Positions 38,247 to 47,241 of a stretch of DNA of 64,000 nucleotides are shown here, piece by piece. The notes under the pieces were generated by a model. The model was not told the origin of the DNA and ran no database searches. It saw only the letters and a list, made by a program, of their open reading frames with translations. Made by a program: the position numbers and the translations under genes. How positions within the stretch are numbered: the stretch's first letter is position 1; the number at the start of each line of letters is the position of its first letter. This DNA comes from an uncultured virus (IMG/VR IMGVR_UViG_3300022927_000007) (lineage: Duplodnaviria; Heunggongvirae; Uroviricota; Caudoviricetes), in IMG/VR virus record IMGVR_UViG_3300022927_000007, one strand, 5' to 3'.

Positions 38247-38807
38247 ATGGCAGTAATAAACGATAAATTTCAAGCACAGAATGGATTTGAAAGTCCAAAC
38301 TTTAGTGTCGATAGCACTGGAAAAATAACAGCACCGGTCATTAACGTTCAAAGTATTTTGTTGAACGGGACACCATTTGTGGCATATGTGCCGCCAGAAG
38401 AAGTACCTGGTGGTGGAGATGACGACGGCCCTGTAATTACAAATGTGTTTGAGTCCTTAGCCGTAACAGGAGGAACTCTTAGAGTTTCGTATTTAGGTCA
38501 GCAAGCAATTAATGTAGTTAACGGTGTAATAAAAATTAACAGCGTAGGATTACTACCAGGATCAATTGATCATGTTGATATTGGTTATATTGAACCTGTA
38601 CAGGTAAAAGCATATACTATTGATATGACAACAGCACCTGATAGTTCAGCAAGTAATATTAACTTTAATGGCGCAAAGTTAAATGGAGATTTGGATATTG
38701 TAGATAATGTTGTTTTAAGTAGACAACCTACACAATCAGGACACGCAACAAGTAAAGGATATGTAGACGCAACAGCAACAGCTCTTGCGGTAGCATTTGG
38801 AGCATAA
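38247..38807 (+). CDS. Virion protein
   Basis: 186 aa; PTQSGHATSKGYVD fibre motif and hydrophobic C-terminus ATALAVAFGA. Confidence 0.7.
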   Translation: MAVINDKFQAQNGFESPNFSVDSTGKITAPVINVQSILLNGTPFVAYVPPEEVPGGGDDDGPVITNVFESLAVTGGTLRVSYLGQQAINVVNGVIKINSVGLLPGSIDHVDIGYIEPVQVKAYTIDMTTAPDSSASNINFNGAKLNGDLDIVDNVVLSRQPTQSGHATSKGYVDATATALAVAFGA

Positions 38808-38810
38808 AGA

Positions 38811-41800
38811 ATGGCAAAGAAAAAGATTTATAATTACAAGTTTTATCCAGGATTGGGTCTAGACGACAACACCTATCCAAATGCATGGTCACTTTTAACA
38901 CAGAATAAAGAATTTATTAAGGCCGAAGTTGCGGCATGGATCCAAGCACAAGTAGGACAGGGTGCTACAGGATTTGTTGGTTACACATATAATAAAGAAA
39001 AATGTGAAAGAGACACAGGATTTAACGTTGATGCTTACGCATTTGATTTAAGATATACTGGAAATTCTGAAACATATAGAATTGCAAATACATATTTTGA
39101 AAAAGAAGTTGCACAGGTTGACGGAGATAGAGTAGCAGAAGTTAAAGCAAAAGAATTTACACGTGATTTAATTATCAATCATGTGTTTAGTAATTCTCCA
39201 CAATCAACACCGTATCAAGGCAATGTTGCACAAGTAATTGATTTATCAAAGACTGCCGAACCGGCAGCTGGCACAGTTATTCAAACATTAATTGGACTTG
39301 TTGTTAATGTATTAACATCAGGATTAAGTGCATTACCAACATTCCAACGTAAAGGTTTAGGACATATTAGATTCCAAGGCAATTATGATTCAAGTGATTT
39401 GTTAATTGTAACGAACACAACGAAAACAGAAGTCATTTATAACTTTACAGATGTAACCAAAGGCGGCATAGTTACACGTAAAAATGATGTTACTCCTAGA
39501 GATAGTAGCGGATATACTGAAAAGTTTGATTCAACTGATGCAAATTATAATGCAGACGGCGATTTTCCAAAGTATTTACAGACTACCGACTCGGTAACTA
39601 TTTTAGATCTTACGTTTAATACATCGTCTATGAGCGAAAGTGACGAACTTCAAATCTTTATTGATAGTCCAGAACAACGAACAAGACCATATGACTTTGG
39701 TACAGATGCCATTGAACGTATGCGTATTGCTCCTCCGTTATCAATGCTTGACGCTGACTTTGAATACGGCTTACAGCCTACAAAGTGGTCAGCTATTGGC
39801 ATGATGAGAGGGTATCCAAGTGTATATGAACTTCCAGGCACAGATACACAAGTACAAAAGGTACAAACAGACGCTTCTGCAGGAACAGAAGGAATTGGAT
39901 CAAGTAAAATTACAGTTACAACAATTGGTGCACACGGTTTTATACCTGGCACACCAATTACAATTAAAGCACTAGAAGACGGTGTTGCTGGCGCGGCAAG
40001 AGCTGAAGGCTCGTTTATTATTATTGAAGTTCCAACAAATACCACATTTACTTTTTATGCAAAAGCAAAAGTTGGTACAACTGACGGTGAAATTCTTTCT
40101 ACAACATATACTCAATTAAGACAAGGTGCGTTTTATACTGGTGCTAGTATTGGACAGCCTGCATTTGATGTGTTTAGTAATGGTACAGCAGGTACTATGT
40201 CACTAAGTTTAACTGCTCAACCAGGCGAAAATAGACTTGCATTTACAGGCGACGTACCAGAAGTTGGCGCTCCAATTAATGACCCGGCATTTCCTGTAGG
40301 TACACAGGTTACAGCTATTTCAAGTACACCTAACGGGTTAGCACTACCTTTACAATTAACGGCTGATGTTGCCCCAGGTAATACAGATATTCAAGTTGCT
40401 ACTACTGTGGGAATTGTTCCAGGACTAGCGGCAAATAACGGAAGTAATGATGCTATCTTTGTTAACAATATTGTAGGTAATACAATTAGTATGAGTGGAA
40501 GTTTTACCACAGCAATTACTAGAAACACAGAAACATACACAGGTGTTTCAGGATCAATTGCTTCTCCAGTAGGTAACAACGGACAGTTTAATATTACTAG
40601 AACCGGAGTTGACTATAGCATAGCTAGTATTGCACAAGCAGGTAGCGGATATGTTGCAGGTGACGTTGTATTAGTTACAGGTGACAACTTAGGTGGACAA
40701 ACACCAGCAAATGATGCTACTATTGTAATTACTACTGTTAACGGTACGGGTGGTATTACTGGTGCAAGTATTAGCGGAACAGCACTAAGCGGAAGCATTT
40801 CTTACTTAGCAGTAACATCTACATATAACAATGCTGCCGGCGATTTTGGTACAACAAATTTTGATATTTCATACGAATCAGGCGGCTTTACAACAGTAGA
40901 TATTAATTCACCAAACGATACATCAGGATTTGCTATTAATGATAGGATCCGTATTGTAGGTAGTCAGCTCTTAGGCGGATCTGGACAAGACGGTAATCAA
41001 GCATCAGGCGGCAACGACTTTGTAGGTAAAATTACATCTGTTGGCGGCGGTGGCTCTATTACTACTGTAGAAGCAGATAACGTAGCTTGGAGTCAAGGTA
41101 CGCCTCCTAGTCAAATTAGAAGTTATCAGTTCGGTGGAGTTGGTTTATCGTTTACTGGGGGATCAGGTTCTAATGTTGAATTTACTATTAACGTTGATGG
41201 TACATCATATGGTATACAGTTTTCACAAGCAGGAACAGGATATAATACAGCTGATACATTAGTATGTTTAGGGTCCGATTTAGGCGGCGCAACTCCTGCT
41301 AATGATTTGTATTTAAGAGTTGTTGCAGTAGATGGTGTTGGCGGAATTCTTGATGTAAGATTAGAAGGTGCTGATGAATCTTCAATCCCGACAGCATTTA
41401 ATGGCGGCACATTTACATCTAAAACATTATCAAATGTAACAGGATCAGGCGCAGTATTCGACATTACAAATGACGGTATAAATTATAGCGCAACTATTGA
41501 TACAGCTGGTATAGACTATCATTTAGATCAAACATTTACAGTAGCCGGAACAGAATTAGGTGGAACAACTCCAGCTAACGATGCTACTATAACTGTTGCT
41601 ACTGTAAGTGGAACTGATGGATCTATTACAGGCGTAACTATTGCAGGCAGTGCTCCTGCACTACCAACATCATTTAGCGGTGTTGCAGGTACTAATCAAG
41701 CACATGCTGGTGCAGGCGGCACATTAAATATTACTAGAACAGCAGGAACATATACGATTGCAATTAATGCATCGGGATCAGCTTATCAAATTGGTAACAA

Positions 41801-44756
41801 AATTACTATTGAAGGAACAGCACTTGGAGGTATTTCACCTACAAATGATGCTACTGTATTAGTAACAAACGTTGACGGCAGTGGCGGATTAAACACTGTT
41901 ACTATTGAAGGAACAGGCGCTGGTGGCGGCAGTTTAAATTTAGTTAACGGTGTTACACTTACTGACTTTAGTACTCAAACAATTACTTCAGGATCTGCAG
42001 TCGACTTTGAAGCACTTGCAACTATTGAAATTACATGGCCGTATGCACACGGTATTGTTCCAGGTGATACATTTATTGTTGACGTTGCATCTGATGATGG
42101 AGGAACTAATAATCACTCGTTAGCATCAGGTTCGTTTATTGCAATTAATATTCCGACCACTAAGAAACTTAGATACAATGCTAGAGCCCCAGGAAATATT
42201 TTAGAAGCCACAGCCGGCGATAGTACTGTTGATAAGATTCAAGGTAACATTTATATGCGTCCAGACAGTTTCTTTATTCACAGACCATATGACGGCGGCG
42301 TGCAGTTAGGCACAGGTGGTCCACAACACGGTGCGCAAGCAATTCGTCAGAGTAAAAAATATATTAGATATCAGTCAGGTAAAGGTATTATGTACACAAC
42401 TGGTGCATTGTTTGCTCCAAGTTATGATGTACGTACTGTAACATCAACAGGCACAGAACTAGGAAATACTATTACTATCGTTACTGACGACAATGATCAC
42501 GGCGCACAAGTTGGTGGTAAAATTAGACTTATTGGAGTTGAAACAGCTGGGTATAACGGCGAATATATAGTGACACAAATTGTAGATGAGCGCACACTAC
42601 GCTGTCAGAATTTAAGAAGACTAGGAAGTACAACAGCCACACTTGGATTTGCCGCACAGATGAGTGTAGTTAGTTGGCATGGTGCAACAGTACGATCCGG
42701 CATCTTTGACGATCAAAACGGAATTTACTGGGAATTTGACGGTAAAAATGTAAGTGTAGCCCAAAGAACAAGTACAAAACAATTAGCTGGAACAGTAAGT
42801 GCTACACCGGATAATAACGTTCTTTACGGTACTAATACAAGATTTAGAGATCAGTTAAAAGCTGGTGATAGAATTGTATTAAAAGGTATGACACACGTTG
42901 TTGCTAACGTTGACTCAAACTCACAAATTACTGTAACACCAGACTATAGAGGTGTTAGCTCAATAGGTGCAGCCAAAATTAACTTAATTACAGATAAAAA
43001 AGTTCTACAAGAAGAATGGAACTTAGACAGACTAGACGGCACAGGGCCAAGTGGATACAATATGGATGTTAGATACATGCAGATGATTGGTATTCAATAC
43101 AGTTGGTATGGTGCTGGTTTTATTGACTGGATGCTACGTGGTGCTGATGGTAACTTTGTATTCTGTCACAGAATGCGTAACTCAAACGTAAACACAGAAG
43201 CATTTATGCGTTCAGGTAACTTGCCTGTGCGTTATGAAGTTACTAACGAAGGTGCAACTACTGCACTAGCGGAAAGCATGGATACTACTCAAGATTATAT
43301 TCCGTTAGTAGAATCGAAGTTCTTCCCAAACAACGGTACAGTGTATATTGATAACGAAATTATTACATATTCATCAATTGATCATACTGCTAAACGACTT
43401 CTAAACTGTACACGTGGGACATTCTTAAGTAATTTCCAAGCTGGAGCCAATAGACAATATCAAGCTGGTCCAGCAAGTAATCATGAGATTAGAACAGGAG
43501 TTGTATTAATTAGTAATACAATTACTCCGCTTATTAGTCACTGGGGTTCTGCGTTTATTACAGATGGCGGATTCGACGAAGATCGTGGTTATATCTTCTC
43601 ATACACAGAAACAGGACTGGCAGTGACAACAACAAGACAAACAGCGTTCTTGCTACGTCTAGCACCTAGTGTTTCAAATGCTATTGTTGGAGATTTAGGA
43701 GATAGAGAACTACTAAACAGAGCGCAGTTACTTATGCAAGGTCTAGAAATTACCTCAGACGGACTTGATCCAACCAACTCTAACGCACCAATTTACGGTG
43801 GTATTGTTATTGAAGGTATTCTTAATCCACAAAACTACCCACTCAATCCAAACGATATTGGTTGGACAGGATTGTCAGGACTAGCACAAGGTGGACAGCC
43901 AAGTTTTGCTCAGGTTGCTTCGGGCGGTAGTGTTAACTGGAACAGTGGTGATACTGCTACATATACTACAGCGGCAGTTATGCCAAAAGTTACAACGTCA
44001 GCGCAGTTAATGCCATGGTGGGCTTTTAGAACAAATAGAAACTATGCATACTTTGACCAAGTATCTTGGGAACAAGCTAACTTATCTACAGGTGATCTTG
44101 TAAATGCAGATGGCGGCGGCAACGAATACTTCCCAGCAGGAACTACAATTCAACAAATTGTAGACCAGACTATTTACGGAAGATATTTAGTTTACTTTAC
44201 ACGTAACTCAAATAATAACAGTGGCAACGGTGCTATACAAACATTTGAAAAAGGTGGCGATCTAGATAACGCTTCTTATGCATTCTTTACTAAAGCTGTT
44301 TGGGACGCATCAGGTGCAAGAGCAGGCACAGCATTAGGCGACGCGGCAGGAGATCCAACTAACCAACCTGATATTACTATGCCTTCAGGTACAGCGGTTA
44401 ACAGTATTCAAGGTCCGTTAACTTTTGGTGTTACAGGATCAGGAGGTATTGAATACTTTAAAGTTAACTTTAATAACTCGTTTAATGGTACAGTTAGTCC
44501 AGGAGATTTGTTTAACTTTACATTCCAACAGCCTCCGTATGCACAACCAGGAGAAACAGTATTCTCGTTCATTGCGCAACCTGGAGAAAGAGCTACATTA
44601 GATTTAGGACAGTTGAAAGAACTTACAAATACTACATTAGGTGGTAGAGGTACGTTCCCGAACGGACCAGACGTATTGGCACTAAACGTTTATAAAACGT
44701 CAGGTGAACCTGTAAATGCTAATATTATTATTAAATGGGGTGAAGCACAGGCTTAA
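38811..44756 (+). CDS. Very large virion structural/fibre protein
   Basis: 1981 aa, Gly/Thr-rich. Five repeats of GxxYxxxDxxxxxGxxLGGxxPxND at about 40580-41920; RYQSGKG and MIGIQYSWYGAG blocks typical of aquatic phage structural proteins. Confidence 0.8.
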   Translation: MAKKKIYNYKFYPGLGLDDNTYPNAWSLLTQNKEFIKAEVAAWIQAQVGQGATGFVGYTYNKEKCERDTGFNVDAYAFDLRYTGNSETYRIANTYFEKEVAQVDGDRVAEVKAKEFTRDLIINHVFSNSPQSTPYQGNVAQVIDLSKTAEPAAGTVIQTLIGLVVNVLTSGLSALPTFQRKGLGHIRFQGNYDSSDLLIVTNTTKTEVIYNFTDVTKGGIVTRKNDVTPRDSSGYTEKFDSTDANYNADGDFPKYLQTTDSVTILDLTFNTSSMSESDELQIFIDSPEQRTRPYDFGTDAIERMRIAPPLSMLDADFEYGLQPTKWSAIGMMRGYPSVYELPGTDTQVQKVQTDASAGTEGIGSSKITVTTIGAHGFIPGTPITIKALEDGVAGAARAEGSFIIIEVPTNTTFTFYAKAKVGTTDGEILSTTYTQLRQGAFYTGASIGQPAFDVFSNGTAGTMSLSLTAQPGENRLAFTGDVPEVGAPINDPAFPVGTQVTAISSTPNGLALPLQLTADVAPGNTDIQVATTVGIVPGLAANNGSNDAIFVNNIVGNTISMSGSFTTAITRNTETYTGVSGSIASPVGNNGQFNITRTGVDYSIASIAQAGSGYVAGDVVLVTGDNLGGQTPANDATIVITTVNGTGGITGASISGTALSGSISYLAVTSTYNNAAGDFGTTNFDISYESGGFTTVDINSPNDTSGFAINDRIRIVGSQLLGGSGQDGNQASGGNDFVGKITSVGGGGSITTVEADNVAWSQGTPPSQIRSYQFGGVGLSFTGGSGSNVEFTINVDGTSYGIQFSQAGTGYNTADTLVCLGSDLGGATPANDLYLRVVAVDGVGGILDVRLEGADESSIPTAFNGGTFTSKTLSNVTGSGAVFDITNDGINYSATIDTAGIDYHLDQTFTVAGTELGGTTPANDATITVATVSGTDGSITGVTIAGSAPALPTSFSGVAGTNQAHAGAGGTLNITRTAGTYTIAINASGSAYQIGNKITIEGTALGGISPTNDATVLVTNVDGSGGLNTVTIEGTGAGGGSLNLVNGVTLTDFSTQTITSGSAVDFEALATIEITWPYAHGIVPGDTFIVDVASDDGGTNNHSLASGSFIAINIPTTKKLRYNARAPGNILEATAGDSTVDKIQGNIYMRPDSFFIHRPYDGGVQLGTGGPQHGAQAIRQSKKYIRYQSGKGIMYTTGALFAPSYDVRTVTSTGTELGNTITIVTDDNDHGAQVGGKIRLIGVETAGYNGEYIVTQIVDERTLRCQNLRRLGSTTATLGFAAQMSVVSWHGATVRSGIFDDQNGIYWEFDGKNVSVAQRTSTKQLAGTVSATPDNNVLYGTNTRFRDQLKAGDRIVLKGMTHVVANVDSNSQITVTPDYRGVSSIGAAKINLITDKKVLQEEWNLDRLDGTGPSGYNMDVRYMQMIGIQYSWYGAGFIDWMLRGADGNFVFCHRMRNSNVNTEAFMRSGNLPVRYEVTNEGATTALAESMDTTQDYIPLVESKFFPNNGTVYIDNEIITYSSIDHTAKRLLNCTRGTFLSNFQAGANRQYQAGPASNHEIRTGVVLISNTITPLISHWGSAFITDGGFDEDRGYIFSYTETGLAVTTTRQTAFLLRLAPSVSNAIVGDLGDRELLNRAQLLMQGLEITSDGLDPTNSNAPIYGGIVIEGILNPQNYPLNPNDIGWTGLSGLAQGGQPSFAQVASGGSVNWNSGDTATYTTAAVMPKVTTSAQLMPWWAFRTNRNYAYFDQVSWEQANLSTGDLVNADGGGNEYFPAGTTIQQIVDQTIYGRYLVYFTRNSNNNSGNGAIQTFEKGGDLDNASYAFFTKAVWDASGARAGTALGDAAGDPTNQPDITMPSGTAVNSIQGPLTFGVTGSGGIEYFKVNFNNSFNGTVSPGDLFNFTFQQPPYAQPGETVFSFIAQPGERATLDLGQLKELTNTTLGGRGTFPNGPDVLALNVYKTSGEPVNANIIIKWGEAQA

Positions 44757-45172
44757 CAGCCCGTACTTTCATCGGAAAGAATCTCAGGTATTGCCTGAGA
44801 TTTTTTTTGACTATCTCCTGGCATAATTCTATAATTATCTTCTACACTGTCAGGAGTACTTACCTCTGTAATACTACTACCTGCTTCCATACATACTACT
44901 TGATGAGGTTGAAGAGGAGGATTATGCCAAGTCATTCCTTCAGTAAGTTCTTGCGATTTAAATTCAGCAGTTTCAGTATCGATCCATTTTAACAAAAATC
45001 TTCCGTTGTTTACAAACCATGTTTCGTCTTTTTCTTTATGAAAATGCATACTAAATTTTGCCCCAACGCGATCAAACACCATAATCTTACCACAGTACTT
45101 GTCATTAGTTGCCCAGATTAGTTCATATCCCCAACCTTTATCTACTTTGCCTTCAAGTCTAGTTGGCTCCAT
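44753..45172 (-). CDS. Cupin (mannose-6-phosphate isomerase-like)
   Basis: KGWGYE, SMHFHKEKDETW, PPLQPHQ, EVST.D..DNYR; this cupin type commonly accompanies nucleotide-heptose genes. Confidence 0.75.
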   Translation of the reverse strand: MEPTRLEGKVDKGWGYELIWATNDKYCGKIMVFDRVGAKFSMHFHKEKDETWFVNNGRFLLKWIDTETAEFKSQELTEGMTWHNPPLQPHQVVCMEAGSSITEVSTPDSVEDNYRIMPGDSQKKSQAIPEILSDESTGC

Positions 45173-45995
45173 TTAAATATTCCTCCACAGTAATCCAATG
45201 TCTAATTGGAATTGTATTATGTAATCTTGCATTATCTGCACATGTATATTCTTGATATTGTCCTTTAAGTTTATCAGGCATATCAATATATTCAATAGTT
45301 GCATTATGTTTTTCAGCAACTAATTGAGCAACTTTTTCTACACTAATTGCGTTACCAGTTCCAACATTATAGATACCGCTAACATCTTGTTCCATCATTT
45401 GTTCGTGTATACGCACTATATCATATACACAGACACAATCACGTTTATACTGATCACTGTTTTTAAAAAGTTTAATAACACCGTCTTGTTCTGCTTGACG
45501 CTGAAACTTGCTTACAAGACTCATTTGATCACCTTTATGACCTTCTCCAGGACCGTATACGTTAAAATAACGGAAGCTCTGTACATTCATTTGAAATGAG
45601 TCTGGTTGATAAATTCCATGATCAACTAGAAATTTATCAACTAAGTATTTGCTCCAAGCATAAGGTGTTTGCGGATATTTTGGCGCATCTTCATTAAAAT
45701 CGGTATATGGACCATACACACTTGCACTACTTGCTAGTTGAATATTTGTGCCGTAATTATCACAAACTTGCAATAGCCTTAGCGTAAACTCGTAATTATG
45801 AGCCCAAACTTTTTCAATATCTCTTTCTGTCGTATCTGAAATTGCACCAGTATGAATTACCCAATCATATTGATCTACTGCCGGAACAACGTTTTCAACA
45901 TATTCAAAACCTTCAACCTCGTGCCCTTTATGCAACATATAATTTGCAATGTGACTTCCAATAAAGCCTTTATGTCCTGTTACTAAAATTTTCAT
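45159..45995 (-). CDS. hldD: ADP-L-glycero-D-manno-heptose 6-epimerase
   Basis: VTGHKGFIG, HTGAISDTTE, ASSASVYG, YAWSK, RYFNVYGPGEGHKG, KGQYQEYTCAD. Confidence 0.88.
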   Translation of the reverse strand: MKILVTGHKGFIGSHIANYMLHKGHEVEGFEYVENVVPAVDQYDWVIHTGAISDTTERDIEKVWAHNYEFTLRLLQVCDNYGTNIQLASSASVYGPYTDFNEDAPKYPQTPYAWSKYLVDKFLVDHGIYQPDSFQMNVQSFRYFNVYGPGEGHKGDQMSLVSKFQRQAEQDGVIKLFKNSDQYKRDCVCVYDIVRIHEQMMEQDVSGIYNVGTGNAISVEKVAQLVAEKHNATIEYIDMPDKLKGQYQEYTCADNARLHNTIPIRHWITVEEYLNGAN

Positions 45996-47241
45996 GTATT
46001 CTCTCTACTATATTTGTGGTTGACTTTCCTTTAACTGTAGGAAAAATTTCTACATTATAATCTTGATGACCAACTACAGTCTCTATTATATAGTCTCCGC
46101 CCTTAATAATCAAGTCTGGATTGACTATTTTGAGCAAATTTTCTGGGGTATCTTCTGTAAATACCTTTACTTCATCTACCCAAGGAAGCACTTCAAGTTG
46201 TTCAATACGTGTAGCAATATCGTTAATTGGTCTATTAGAACCTTTTAATCTTTGAACACTAGCATCACTATTAACACCAACTACTAATTTATCACCTCTA
46301 CTTTTTGCATATTTTAACAATTCTAAGTGTCCGGCGTGTAGTACATCAAACACTCCATTTGTAAATATTACTTTTCTTTTAATATCACGCATTGTTACAA
46401 CATGCACTCCACGATGTTCAACAGATCTTGCACTTGCATAGCATGCAAGTTCGCATGCTTTAAAAATATCCATACCTTCGTTAATTCCATATGCAATTAC
46501 TGCCAATGCAGTATCACCAGCACCAGTAACATCAGCAACTTCTTTAACAGGTTCTTTAAAATGCCTGTAGGTTAAATCGTTACATAGTACATGCATTCCG
46601 TTTGCACCGTCTGTGACTACGAGATATTTCCAGTTATGATTTTTAAGATGTACAATAGCTAATTCTTTTTTAAATTCACCAAACCATTCAGTATATTCTT
46701 TCATATTAGGTTTTACTAAAAATGCACCATCATAAAAATCAGGTGATTGTTTAGGATCAACAATTACTTTACATCCTTTAGATACTAAGGTTTGTACAGT
46801 ATTTTTTCTAATTACACCTTTATCATAATCGCTTATTACAACAACATCGTCTTTATTAATTTCTTTTAATAATTTTTCAAATGCAGTATTATTAGAATAT
46901 TTTTCTTCTCTGTCCCATCGTACTATCTGTTGTCCATTTTGTCCTACTACTCTATTTTTACTAGTGGTTACATTTGCATCCATTACTACATTAAAATCAA
47001 TATTTGTATTTTTATCAAAACATTCGACGAGCTGATATCCTTCTTTATCTGTAGATATGGCACCGTATAAACTAATTTCACCAACTAAACTAGAAATATT
47101 TAATGCAACATTGCCAGCGCCTCCTGGTTTTAATTCTTGATGTGTTTCGAGCAATACTGGTACAGGTGCTTCCGGACTAATCCTAGATGCTTCTCCGATA
47201 ATCCATCGATCTAACATTACATCGCCATAAACTTTGATCAT
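45970..47241 (-). CDS. hldE: Bifunctional heptose-7-phosphate kinase / heptose-1-phosphate adenylyltransferase
   Basis: GDVMLD, RISPEAPVPV, GGAGNVA, SDYDKG, DVTGAGDT (PfkB) fused to FTNGVFDVLHAGH, NSDASVQRLKG, KGGDY, STT. Confidence 0.93.
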   Translation of the reverse strand: MIKVYGDVMLDRWIIGEASRISPEAPVPVLLETHQELKPGGAGNVALNISSLVGEISLYGAISTDKEGYQLVECFDKNTNIDFNVVMDANVTTSKNRVVGQNGQQIVRWDREEKYSNNTAFEKLLKEINKDDVVVISDYDKGVIRKNTVQTLVSKGCKVIVDPKQSPDFYDGAFLVKPNMKEYTEWFGEFKKELAIVHLKNHNWKYLVVTDGANGMHVLCNDLTYRHFKEPVKEVADVTGAGDTALAVIAYGINEGMDIFKACELACYASARSVEHRGVHVVTMRDIKRKVIFTNGVFDVLHAGHLELLKYAKSRGDKLVVGVNSDASVQRLKGSNRPINDIATRIEQLEVLPWVDEVKVFTEDTPENLLKIVNPDLIIKGGDYIIETVVGHQDYNVEIFPTVKGKSTTNIVERIHENFSNRT

